Shown: in pieces, positions 20,506 through 29,750 of the stretch | Numbering within the stretch: the stretch's first letter is position 1 | How the letters are laid out: each line of letters starts with the position of its first letter | Source of the DNA: Chroococcales cyanobacterium | Lineage (GTDB): Bacteria; Cyanobacteriota; Cyanobacteriia; Cyanobacteriales; Nostocaceae | Assembly (NCBI GenBank): GCA_038249935.1 | Contig: JBBSCU010000001.1 | Location: 149-64,148, forward strand | Reading direction: 5' to 3' | Length of the DNA: 64,000 bases | Translations under genes and position numbers: made by a program | The notes under the pieces: generated by a model | The model's input: the letters and a program-made list of their open reading frames with translations, nothing else | Databases searched by the model: none | What the model was told of the DNA's origin: nothing

Positions 20506-20949
20506 ATGCCAAGAAAAGAACAAGGATGGGTCACATTTCAAACATCAGAGGAGGAACGAAAGATCCTGGAAGAGTTCTGTGAACACTCTCAACGCACCAA
20601 GACTGAGATTCTGCGGGAATTAGTGCGTAGTCTTAATCAGCACTCGTCACCACCAATATCACTGCCAACTAAGCAGGAAAAACAGGAAGATATTTATATT
20701 CAAAAGCTTGAGATAGAAAGTAGTATTCAAAAAAAATCACTAAAAGTTAGCTCTCGCAATATTCTTAAAGGTGTCGTTAAACGAGTTATCTTGGGGGCTG
20801 TTAATAGTGAAGTGACACTAGAGATTATTCAGAAAGTAGAATTAACCTCGATTATTACTAGAGCTTCCGCAGAAGAGTTGGAACTATCTGAGGGAAAAGA
20901 AGCTTATGCAGTCATCAAGTCCAACGATATTGTTATTGCCAGAGAATAA
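20506..20949 (+). CDS. RHH/CopG-like DNA-binding domain fused to a TOBE (Mop, molybdate-binding) domain
   Basis: N-terminal WVTFQTSEEE..RTKTEILRELV; C-terminal SSRNILKG..TSIIT..AYAVIKSNDI. Confidence 0.85.
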   Translation: MPRKEQGWVTFQTSEEERKILEEFCEHSQRTKTEILRELVRSLNQHSSPPISLPTKQEKQEDIYIQKLEIESSIQKKSLKVSSRNILKGVVKRVILGAVNSEVTLEIIQKVELTSIITRASAEELELSEGKEAYAVIKSNDIVIARE

Positions 20950-20951
20950 AC

Positions 20952-21012
20952 CAGAAGTCAGAAGTCAGAAGTCAGAAGTCAGAAGTCAGAAGTCAGAAGT
21001 CAGAAGTCAGAA
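20952..21012 (+). repeat. Heptamer STRR (CAGAAGT)8
   Basis: 8 perfect copies plus a partial, directly after the stop codon. Confidence 0.95.
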
Positions 21013-21184
21013 TACTCCAGCCATGTTCGCGCAGCGTCCCGTACAAAAGAGATAGAGTATTAAGTCTTGAAAAATCTTTTAATTTTGTTTCGCCCACAAT
21101 TCAGCTTGGTTTTAAACCAATATTCATTATTCAGTCCTACAGAATCCAATTCTGAATTCTTGTTATAAAAATGGTATTAATATC

Positions 21185-21625
21185 CTAAATATAATACATA
21201 AGTTCCTTCTGTTCTCGGATTGCTCTTTTTTCACAAAGGTCTTGGAGTGTATATTTTTCCAAAACGGAGTTAGCAGCCTGACGTGCTTCCTGCCAGACTT
21301 CTTGAATTAGCTCACCTTCTACCGTGTTGGGAGTTGGCTCACAAGCAGAGTCAACAACATCTGACCCTTCCATACAGCTAAAAGCATCTAGTACTGTGAT
21401 CTTCTGAGGATCTCGTGCTAGAACGTAGCCACCTTTGGCTCCACGTATACTTTTAATCAAACCTCCGCGCCTTAATGTTGCCAGAAGTTGTTCCAAATAG
21501 CGGTTTGGTATGTCTTGTAATACCGCTATCTCTCGAATTTGCAGGGCTTCACCCTTAGGGTAGCAGGTTGCCAACTCTAACAGGGCTAGAAGTGCGTATT
21601 CTGATTTGTTAGAGATTATAGCCAC
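21185..21625 (-). CDS. Rrf2-family transcriptional regulator (CymR-like)
   Basis: SEYALLAL..IPNRYLEQLLATLRRGGLIKSIRGAKGGYVLAR; lacks the three-Cys IscR cluster motif. Confidence 0.92.
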   Translation of the reverse strand: MAIISNKSEYALLALLELATCYPKGEALQIREIAVLQDIPNRYLEQLLATLRRGGLIKSIRGAKGGYVLARDPQKITVLDAFSCMEGSDVVDSACEPTPNTVEGELIQEVWQEARQAANSVLEKYTLQDLCEKRAIREQKELMYYI

Positions 21626-21884
21626 AGACGTAATATTTCAAACTCACATCTAAACATCCGAAGCCGCTGAGTCTGCTTACTTAACTTACTGCTAAGAAAA
21701 ACTCGACAATCTACTTTTTGTTGATCGGCTAACCTTACTTTAAAGACTTTCAAGGATAGAAGCAATTACTTTTTTTGTTTTTTTAAATAAATTAAAGTGA
21801 TTAATCGGTGTACGGTCTTCTGGAGTTGAAACTAAGTTAAAGGCTGATTCTATCTAGTTTTTAACCAAATTTTGTCAGTGATTA

Positions 21885-24857
21885 TCATGGTTTGTTAGTT
21901 CTTGGCGTATTGCTTAATTTGGCTCTTAAATCTGCCCATTTGACCCCTGCTAGGCTGGGCAAGACAACATGAGCGGCTCCAACTCGTTCATTGGGGCCGA
22001 GTCCTACTGCCCACATCCCCGCAGCTAGAGCTGCGTCAATTCCGGCTGCGGCATCTTCTACAACCACAGATTGCTCTGGTTCGAGTCCTAGCTGCTTGGC
22101 TGCGTACAGAAATAGGTCGGGTGCTGGCTTTGGTAGCTGTACACTATAACCGTCAGCGATCGCATCTACTTTATCAGCAATACCCAATAGTTCGATCACT
22201 GTCTGGGCATTTTTGCTAGCTGAACCAATACCAATTTTAATCCCAGCTTGCCGCAATTCATCCAAGAGGGCGATCGCTCCTGGTAACAAATTCTTGGGTG
22301 TCATATTTTGGATCAAGTCAACGTAGTACCCGTTTTTACGCTCCATCATCTCCTGGATTTGTGCTTCCGAATACGGTCTATCGCCGATAATTAGCATCAG
22401 AGATTCACGACGAGATACACCCCGTAGCGCTTCGTTAGCTTGCCGATTAAAAGGTATCCCCTCTTCATCTGCTAGCTTTTTCCAAGCTAGATAGTGAACT
22501 TCTGCTGTATCTGTTAGCACACCATCTAGATCGAAGATGAATCCTTGGATGTTGGGCATTGGGTAGTGAGTACTTATACTGAGCGTTCGCGTAGCGTCTC
22601 GTAGAGAAGTATTGGTTATTCCTCCTGTCTCAACTCCCGGACGCAAATCGAAGTCGTGCCATTTTCCGCGCCAGTGTAGTTTAAACTTCAGACGCGTCCA
22701 GCCCGGTGGTAGGTGAGGATTGGCTACGGGGCCATTTTCGGTTATTTGGATGCCGCCGAAGCCGAAAATTACAGCTTGCCAAATGCCACCAGCACTAGCG
22801 CCGTGAATTCCATCGCTGGTGTTATTTCGGTTATCTTCAAGATCAACCATTAACGCCCGCATAAACAGTTCGTAAGCTTGAGTTGATTTGCCTAAATCTG
22901 AAGCTAAAATCGCATGAACTGCCGGGCCAAGGGACGAACCATAGGTAATATCGGTGCGGGGTGCGTAATAGTCCCAGTTTGCTTGCAATGCTTTTTCGTT
23001 GTAGGGAAAATCTGCCGATTCCCGCATTAAATATAGGAGCATTAATACATCTGGCTGCTTGAGTACTTGATATTTGTTAGTTTTCTCAATACCTAATATC
23101 GGTTGCATGGAGCGATCGCGTGGTTCATAGTCTGCTAAATTGATATCTTCCAATTGAAAAAATCCCTCGATCTGCTCAATTAGTTCTGTTGATGGGTCAT
23201 AGAGAAACAATATTTTGGCGATGATATCTTGCCAATGCGATCGCTCTTCTGGAGTGAGTTTTAGTTTATCTTCTAGTTCGGTAGCTCGTTCGGGGAATTT
23301 GTCAGCCAACCAATCGTAAACTGCGATCGCTTTCTCTAGATGCCATTGCGCCATGCGGTTTGTAAAGGCGTTGTTGTGGACGAATTCATGGTATTCATCC
23401 GCTCCGATGACTCCCCGAATTTCATACTTTTGGCTCTCAGGATTGAATTCGACCCGGCTACCCCAAAAGATGGCTGCATCTAAGATCACCTCTGCGCCAC
23501 GCTTTTGCATCCAGTCATCATCACCAGTAGCTTGCCAATAGTTCCAAATGGCGTAAGGGATATCTGCATTGATATGAATTTCGCGATCGCGGCACCAAAT
23601 TCGCACGTCTTCACCATAAAAATCACTGCCGATAGCCCAACGTGGTGTAACTTCATCTCCGGTAATCGCACTTTCCCAGGAAAACATTGCCCCTTTATAA
23701 CCATAATGGGCTGCTTTGCGTCTAGCTCCATTCAAAGTGTGCCAACGGTAGCTGAGTAAGTTACGAGCGATCGCTGGTTGGGTAAACAGAAACATCGGCT
23801 GCATAAAAATTTCTGTATCCCAAAAGATATGGCCGCGATAGCCAAACCCCGAAAGAGTTTTCGCCGGAATGCTCACCCTGTCATCATGCCGTGGAGCGGC
23901 AATCAGCAGTTGAAATAAATTGTAACGAACCGCAAAAGCCGCTGTGCTATCCCCTTCAATCAGGATGTCACTTTGTTGCCAAACCTCATCCCATGCCTGT
24001 TCATTGGCTTTTAGTAATGTTACGTAGTCTGGCAGGTGCGCGAGTTTTTCTTGAGCTGCTGGGACTGGTGTTTCAATCTCCCGCGAGGTAAAAACTGTCA
24101 AGAGTTTTTCTATTGTTACGGTCTGTTCCGCTTTAGCTAAGAAGGTCGTACTCAAAGTCGGATAACCAGGTGCGGTACTGACTTGCAAAGATGCTTCAAT
24201 GCCTAATATTGTCACCTTAGCTGCCATACCGAGTTCAATTCGGGAGTTGCGGGTGCGGCGTTGTAACCAGATTCCTTGGTCAGTCTTGCCCTGGTCTAAT
24301 CCTTCCCAGTGATTGAAACCTTGATTTTCTGGATAGCCGTTGATACTAGCTTGAATTTCGATTAACCCATCAAAATCTACTGGCGTTAAATAGCAGCGTA
24401 GCGCCAATACGTGCGGATCTGCAAGACTAGCAAAGCGTTCAAAGCTGATGTCTATGGTGTTCCCACTGGGAGAGCGCCAACGCAAAGAGCGGCTGAGAAG
24501 TCCTTGGCGCAAATCAAGCTGCCGATTGTAGCGCAATATCTCACCTTGATCGAGGCGGAAGCGATCGCCATTCACAATCACTACCAAGGGCAACCAGTCA
24601 GGGCAATTTACCAGTTCAGTGTACACCACCGGCACATCATCGTAGACACCGTGGATAAAAGTAGCTGGCATTGCATGAGGATATCCTTCTTCAAAACTGC
24701 CTCTTGTTCCCAGGTATCCATTACCAATAGTAAAAACGGTTTCCTTGGAGTGCAATTGTTCAGAGTCAAACTGGGTTTCGGTTAATATCCAGTCTGTGTA
24801 AACAAAATGGGGAGTGGGGAGTGGGGAGTGGGGAGTAGTGAGTGGCGCATTGGGCAT
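21885..24857 (-). CDS. GH65 alpha-glucoside phosphorylase fused to beta-phosphoglucomutase (HAD)
   Basis: GNGYLGTRG, YRGHIFWDTE, GADEYHE, KQPDV, GSSLGP; C-terminal FDLDGVLTDTAE, KPAPDLF, VEDAAAG; exact start uncertain because the first codons are STRR-derived. Confidence 0.92.
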   Translation of the reverse strand: MPNAPLTTPHSPLPTPHFVYTDWILTETQFDSEQLHSKETVFTIGNGYLGTRGSFEEGYPHAMPATFIHGVYDDVPVVYTELVNCPDWLPLVVIVNGDRFRLDQGEILRYNRQLDLRQGLLSRSLRWRSPSGNTIDISFERFASLADPHVLALRCYLTPVDFDGLIEIQASINGYPENQGFNHWEGLDQGKTDQGIWLQRRTRNSRIELGMAAKVTILGIEASLQVSTAPGYPTLSTTFLAKAEQTVTIEKLLTVFTSREIETPVPAAQEKLAHLPDYVTLLKANEQAWDEVWQQSDILIEGDSTAAFAVRYNLFQLLIAAPRHDDRVSIPAKTLSGFGYRGHIFWDTEIFMQPMFLFTQPAIARNLLSYRWHTLNGARRKAAHYGYKGAMFSWESAITGDEVTPRWAIGSDFYGEDVRIWCRDREIHINADIPYAIWNYWQATGDDDWMQKRGAEVILDAAIFWGSRVEFNPESQKYEIRGVIGADEYHEFVHNNAFTNRMAQWHLEKAIAVYDWLADKFPERATELEDKLKLTPEERSHWQDIIAKILFLYDPSTELIEQIEGFFQLEDINLADYEPRDRSMQPILGIEKTNKYQVLKQPDVLMLLYLMRESADFPYNEKALQANWDYYAPRTDITYGSSLGPAVHAILASDLGKSTQAYELFMRALMVDLEDNRNNTSDGIHGASAGGIWQAVIFGFGGIQITENGPVANPHLPPGWTRLKFKLHWRGKWHDFDLRPGVETGGITNTSLRDATRTLSISTHYPMPNIQGFIFDLDGVLTDTAEVHYLAWKKLADEEGIPFNRQANEALRGVSRRESLMLIIGDRPYSEAQIQEMMERKNGYYVDLIQNMTPKNLLPGAIALLDELRQAGIKIGIGSASKNAQTVIELLGIADKVDAIADGYSVQLPKPAPDLFLYAAKQLGLEPEQSVVVEDAAAGIDAALAAGMWAVGLGPNERVGAAHVVLPSLAGVKWADLRAKLSNTPRTNKP
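22583..22607. repeat. SDR-type element in the GH65/PGM interdomain linker
   Basis: GCGTTCGCGTAGCGTCTCGTAGAGA; a related intergenic copy lies at 21025-21043. Confidence 0.65.
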
Positions 24858-24876
24858 AGGGATTAGGGATTAGGGA
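24808..24876 (+). repeat. Heptamer STRRs (TGGGGAG)4 and (TAGGGAT)3
   Basis: Read directly; overlaps the GH65 start region. Confidence 0.9.
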
Positions 24877-25004
24877 CTTTGAGCTAGATGAACGGAGTTC
24901 TGAGGTGGATGAACGAGTCTTTGAGAGAGATGAACGGAGTTCTGAGGTGGATGAACGAGTCTTTGAGAGAGATAAACGGAGTTCTGAGGTGGATGAATGA
25001 GTCT
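24877..25004 (+). repeat. 42-bp (2x21) tandem array, about 3 copies
   Basis: GATGAACGGAGTTCTGAGGTG-GATGAACGAGTCTTTGAGAGA at 24887, 24929 and 24971 (partial). Confidence 0.93.
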
Positions 25005-25010
25005 CTAATT

Positions 25011-25139
25011 CAATACGCTTGGGTTATTTTAGTGTTCGGAGATCCCCCCAACCCCCTTAAAAAGGGGGGCTAATATGTCTTTGTACCCCCTTTTTAAGGG
25101 GGTCGCCGAAGGCGGGGGGATCTTAACCCAAGCGTAGTC
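25011..25139. mobile_element. MITE-like element, same family as 5076-5207
   Basis: CAATACGCTTGGGTTA ... TAACCCAAGCGTAG ends and the same palindromic core. Confidence 0.72.
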
Positions 25140-25167
25140 TCTAATTCTCCTTGTCCCCCTTGTCCCC

Positions 25168-27579
25168 TCACCCACCCATATGCTTTTCTAAAATCTTTTT
25201 CGCTCTGGGTTTATAAATGAGATGAAATAACGCTTCCATGTAGCGATCTCTGGCTTCGTTATTTTCGGGAGCAACAAAGTTCCAAAAACTAAACATTTTA
25301 GCAAGCAGTAGTAATTGATTGCTATGTAAATGCCAATTATATTTGTTATGAATTCGCTGACTCATCCATTCTGATACTTCGTGCCAGTATTCAGCATGAG
25401 CATCACATTTTTCCAGGAAGTCTAAAATTTTCTTTGCTGTTCCTTCCAAGTCTGTAGGATTAACATTAAACTCGTTTTCTTGGTTCTCGATAATTTCTAA
25501 AGAACCGCCAAATTGAGTAGTGAAAGTAGGCAAGCCAGAAATCATGGCTTCCAAAATACTCCGCCCGAAGGATTCAAAGTAGGCAAAATGAACATAAACT
25601 CCCTGAGAATCTGCAACTACTCGGTAAGCTTCGCCGAGGTCTTTGCTAGGGATACGCATCCCCAACCAGCGAATCTTGCCATAGAGATGATATTGATTAA
25701 TAATGTTGTGGAGTTTTTGAATTTCTTCCGTTTCTTCTGAGTTTATACCTTCATGTGGATGCAGCTTACTACTTAAAAGTATTAGGTTACAACGCTCTTG
25801 CAACGCCTGACTTTTACCGAAGCATTCTGCTAAACCAGTCAGGTTTTCGATGGAAGTAATGGTATCAACGGCAAAGATTGGTCGCTTTTTAGGATGATCT
25901 AGATTCCCAAATATTTGGGGATCTTCGTGGCTAAAGAGTAGGTCGTGAATTTGTGTGCAAAGGTTATAATCTCGGTCTTCTTTTTGGCTATAAGAAAAGA
26001 AAATATTTTCATTTACTCCCGGTGGCACTAAGTTGAATTTAGGACTAAACAAATCAATCCCATCAACCACATGATACAACTGCGGCATCGTAAAGCACTT
26101 ATACGACTCGTATTGACCCATGCTGTCGGGTGTGCCGACAATTTCTTGATAGGACGATGTAATAATGAATTCGGCTGCATTCATGCTAATCAAATCGGCA
26201 GTGAATTGTACCGAGAAGTGATATTTATCTTCTAAATCTTGCCAATATAAATTGCTAAATAGATATTTAGGTTTTTCCAAAGAATGGGCAATATTACACT
26301 GGGTAACTTTCATCCGACGAGATAGGAGAAAGGCGACTAAATTCCCGTCGCTGTAATTACCAATGAGAAGATCGGGTTTGCCGTGGAATTGAGCTAGTAA
26401 TTCTCTTTCTGCATCTAGTGCAAATTGTTCTAAATAAGGCCAAATGTCAAATTTAGAAATCCAATTGTTGGTGATTTCTGGATTAAATTCCCCAAAGGGA
26501 ACCCGCAATATCCAAGCATTTTCAGTATCTTGAACTTTTTCTAAACGCAGGTTGCAAAGTGTCCCTTCACAATTAGGGATTAGTCGAGTGAGAATAATTA
26601 CGTGGGGTTTAATGCCCAACAAATCAAGTCCAGCGAGTTTGATTTGTTCACGCAGTTCGTTTTCTAAGCTCCGAGCTTGTTCGAGGACGTAGATAACTTG
26701 ACCAAGTGTTTCATCTCTTCCTAAAACATCTTGTTGTCCTACCCAGCCGTGAACGGAAACGAGGACGACGCGAAAGACAGCAGGGACGCGAGCGACAAAT
26801 GCTTCTAAGATGCCCGGTTCTGGGGAGTAAATGAGTCGGTCGATGAGTTCTAGGGTTTCGGAGATTCGCGCCGCAGCGTTACCCCAACCAGGCTCAAAGC
26901 CGAGTTCTTGGAGGTCGGAGCGGAATTTTTCATAAGGTTCATCAGGCTCAAGCTCACTCAAAAATTTCAGCGCTTTCTTAATTTGTTTAGCTAACTGCAT
27001 ACCGGAGGGAATGCGATCGCTCAACAATAGACTAATACCATCGTATTGCAGCCCATGTAATGCTTTAAATAACATTTCTAACCAATATTCGGGGTCAGCC
27101 AAAAACTGATTGCACAGGTAATGGTTGAGGAAGGCTAAACCTTGACCGATATTTCTAGCGTCGTCGATTCTTATAGAACTCTCATAGAAGGGGTGGAGGT
27201 CGATTTCGAGGATGTGGTTTTGGTAGCGGTTGACTAAGCGATCTCTCACATCTAGCAGCGCTTCAGGTGTCATCTGCTCGAACCGCCCAAAGTCGGCTGT
27301 CAGTTGCCAAACTTCTTGATTAGCAATCCTGGGTCGAACCACGAACCAAGTACTTTCATCTTCAATAATTATTTCGTGGGTGTACTGTATGAGTTTCCCA
27401 ACATAAGAAGAGTGGTAAAAATAGGCTGGCTTTTGGAATTGATGACAGTAGTCGACAAAACCCTGCAATATCTCATTTCTCAGGAAGTAACGCTTATCTG
27501 AAGCACTCAACGCATAAATAAACTGACGCAGAGCAGTTTTTTCATCACCGTTGAAGACAGCTTGAACTAGTTCATGCAT
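25168..27579 (-). CDS. susB: Sucrose synthase, divergent SusB type (GT4)
   Basis: YFLRNEIL, LGQVIYVLEQAR, GNYSDGNLVA, HSLEK, FESFGRSILEAM; 803 aa. Confidence 0.9.
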   Translation of the reverse strand: MHELVQAVFNGDEKTALRQFIYALSASDKRYFLRNEILQGFVDYCHQFQKPAYFYHSSYVGKLIQYTHEIIIEDESTWFVVRPRIANQEVWQLTADFGRFEQMTPEALLDVRDRLVNRYQNHILEIDLHPFYESSIRIDDARNIGQGLAFLNHYLCNQFLADPEYWLEMLFKALHGLQYDGISLLLSDRIPSGMQLAKQIKKALKFLSELEPDEPYEKFRSDLQELGFEPGWGNAAARISETLELIDRLIYSPEPGILEAFVARVPAVFRVVLVSVHGWVGQQDVLGRDETLGQVIYVLEQARSLENELREQIKLAGLDLLGIKPHVIILTRLIPNCEGTLCNLRLEKVQDTENAWILRVPFGEFNPEITNNWISKFDIWPYLEQFALDAERELLAQFHGKPDLLIGNYSDGNLVAFLLSRRMKVTQCNIAHSLEKPKYLFSNLYWQDLEDKYHFSVQFTADLISMNAAEFIITSSYQEIVGTPDSMGQYESYKCFTMPQLYHVVDGIDLFSPKFNLVPPGVNENIFFSYSQKEDRDYNLCTQIHDLLFSHEDPQIFGNLDHPKKRPIFAVDTITSIENLTGLAECFGKSQALQERCNLILLSSKLHPHEGINSEETEEIQKLHNIINQYHLYGKIRWLGMRIPSKDLGEAYRVVADSQGVYVHFAYFESFGRSILEAMISGLPTFTTQFGGSLEIIENQENEFNVNPTDLEGTAKKILDFLEKCDAHAEYWHEVSEWMSQRIHNKYNWHLHSNQLLLLAKMFSFWNFVAPENNEARDRYMEALFHLIYKPRAKKILEKHMGG

Positions 27580-27764
27580 GATGACGAATTCCAGAAATTT
27601 AGCTAGGTCACGACCTCATTTTTGTCTCCGGCTCTGTGAGGTACATTCCCCCCACGATGCTAAATTACTATAAAAATCTTTGCGTCTAGCTCTGGTATGA
27701 AAAGCTGCTAGAACTTCAAATCTATGGGATGAGAAAGCAACGGCTTCAGTGTTAGTTGAAAGGC

Positions 27765-27935
27765 AGGGCTATTTCATTCTCATCTAGCCCGCCTCAGAAT
27801 GAATTCTGAGTCTAATAGCGAAAGTCGTCTAAAGACGACTGAAAAAAGGTTATAGTCTAGTCCGTTTTAACGGACTTTAGCTATTAGCCTGAAACTTTAG
27901 TTTTGGGCGGTTTATGCCTAAAATGAAATAGCCCT
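27765..27935. mobile_element. MITE-like element with a perfect 14-bp TIR and a multibranch palindromic core
   Basis: AGGGCTATTTCATT (27765-27778) / AATGAAATAGCCCT (27922-27935). Confidence 0.72.
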
Positions 27936-27946
27936 TAAAGACAGCC

Positions 27947-28168
27947 TCATTCTTCTTCCCAAGATTCGTGATTCAGCAGGTCGATAATTCTATCTCTGAG
28001 TAGAAATTCATTTTTTTCTAGCTCCAGTTCAAAATTAATCCAGTCACGATGAGGAATATATTTGCAGAGGGTGTAAATTGGCTGCTGACGGTTAATAAGC
28101 CCCTTTTTCACAAGTTGAAGTGCTTCTACCTTGATAACCTCTATGTCGTATTTAATCGTAGTATTCAT
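27947..28168 (-). CDS. DUF4327-family protein
   Basis: YDIEVIKVEALQLVKKG..RQQPIYTLCKYIP..LEKNEFLLRDRIIDLL..W. Confidence 0.8.
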   Translation of the reverse strand: MNTTIKYDIEVIKVEALQLVKKGLINRQQPIYTLCKYIPHRDWINFELELEKNEFLLRDRIIDLLNHESWEEE

Positions 28169-28517
28169 AAATCGTTCCTTTGTTCTCAATCACGGAATTG
28201 AGAACTAAAACAATAGTTGCTTTGACTCTACCTTAAAATTATCAAAAAAATTGGCGAAAATTGTGAAGAATCAAGACATTAATGCTTGCTAAAAGTTAGA
28301 TATGCCAGTAAGATACTTTTTAGGTTTCCAAATATACCTTCTTTAGAGAGATTTTTACAGAGTAAGAAGGGCGGGATAGCAAGCTGTAGACAAAAATAGA
28401 GCAACCATTCAAAGACACTATGCGTAGAGTCTTGTAGAAAAGCGGTACTAAATGCTCTCTGTGCTAGTTGCCAAAGGGTAGGCTAGGGTAAAGAACATTC
28501 TCTAAAGGACTTCTACC

Positions 28518-29750
28518 ATGCTCTTAAATCTTGATAAAGTTCGCCAATATTTTCCCGCTCTAGCTGGTGAATGGACTTTTTTTGATAATGCTGGCGGGTC
28601 ACAAACCCTGAAAAAAGTAGCAGATAGAATTAGCGAATTTCTCCTGACTTCTGATGTCCAGTTAGGAGCTTCTTATGCGGTTTCTCAACTTGCAGGAGAA
28701 CGATTAGCTTTAGCAACTAAGGGAATGGCTACTTTCATTAACGCCAATTCTTCTAAAGAAGTGGTCATGGGACCATCTACTACAATGATGTTGAAAGTTC
28801 TCTCAATCTGTCTGGCTCAAACTTTCATGCCTGGTGATGAAATTATTGTTACTAATTGTGATCATGAGTCCAATATTGGTGCTTGGGTTGCTCTTGAAAA
28901 ACAAGGGATGAAGATTAAAGTATGGCAAATTCGCCCAGACAGCTTGGAACTTGATTTAGCAGATTTAGAACCATTGATGAGTCAGCGTACAAAACTGGTA
29001 GCTTTGACTCACGCTTCTAATGTTTTGGGAACCATCAACCCGATCAAAGAAATCGCTGCATTTGTACACGATCGCAATGCGATGATTTGTGTAGATGGTG
29101 TAGCTTATGCACCACACAGATTAGTTGATGTCCAAGATTTAAATGTTGATTTCTATGCTTTGAGTTGTTATAAAGTCTATGGGCCACATCATGCTTTACT
29201 TTATGGCAAAGAAGAACATTTATTAAGATTGCCTGGTCTTAACCATTATTTTATTGCTCAAACAGATATACCTTATAAATTTCAGTTAGGGAATGCCAAT
29301 TTTGAATTAAGTTATGGAATGTTAGGTTTATGTGATTATTTAAGTGAGTTAGCACAGCTGCACTATGGCAATCAAACTGCACCTGATTTGAGAAATCAAA
29401 TGGTGCAAGCGTTTGATTTAATTAGCATACATGAAGAAAAGATTAGCGATCGCCTTCTAAATTACCTCAACAACAAGTCTAATGTGCGAGTAATTGGTCA
29501 ATCAAAGGCTGATCGGCAATTACGTGTGCCTACTATATCCTTTGTAGTCGATGGAATGAACAGCTCAACCATTCCGGCAAAAATTGACCAACATTACATT
29601 GGGATTCGTTATGGTGACTTTTATGCTAAACGGCTCATTGAATACCTGGGGTTAGCGTCGCAAGGTGGAATAGTCCGGGTGAGTATGGTACATTACAACA
29701 CTCTTAAAGAAGTTAACAGCTTGATTGAGGCTTTTGAGCAAGTATTTTAA
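28518..29750 (+). CDS. Class V PLP aminotransferase / cysteine desulfurase-like protein
   Basis: FFDNAGGSQT, DHESNIGAW, THASNVLG, VDGVAYAPH, PLP lysine in SCYKVYGPH. Confidence 0.9.
   Translation: MLLNLDKVRQYFPALAGEWTFFDNAGGSQTLKKVADRISEFLLTSDVQLGASYAVSQLAGERLALATKGMATFINANSSKEVVMGPSTTMMLKVLSICLAQTFMPGDEIIVTNCDHESNIGAWVALEKQGMKIKVWQIRPDSLELDLADLEPLMSQRTKLVALTHASNVLGTINPIKEIAAFVHDRNAMICVDGVAYAPHRLVDVQDLNVDFYALSCYKVYGPHHALLYGKEEHLLRLPGLNHYFIAQTDIPYKFQLGNANFELSYGMLGLCDYLSELAQLHYGNQTAPDLRNQMVQAFDLISIHEEKISDRLLNYLNNKSNVRVIGQSKADRQLRVPTISFVVDGMNSSTIPAKIDQHYIGIRYGDFYAKRLIEYLGLASQGGIVRVSMVHYNTLKEVNSLIEAFEQVF

Noticed and set aside
24888-25073. 61-aa ORF MNGVLRWMNESLRE..
   Set aside because: It lies entirely within a tandem array and a MITE
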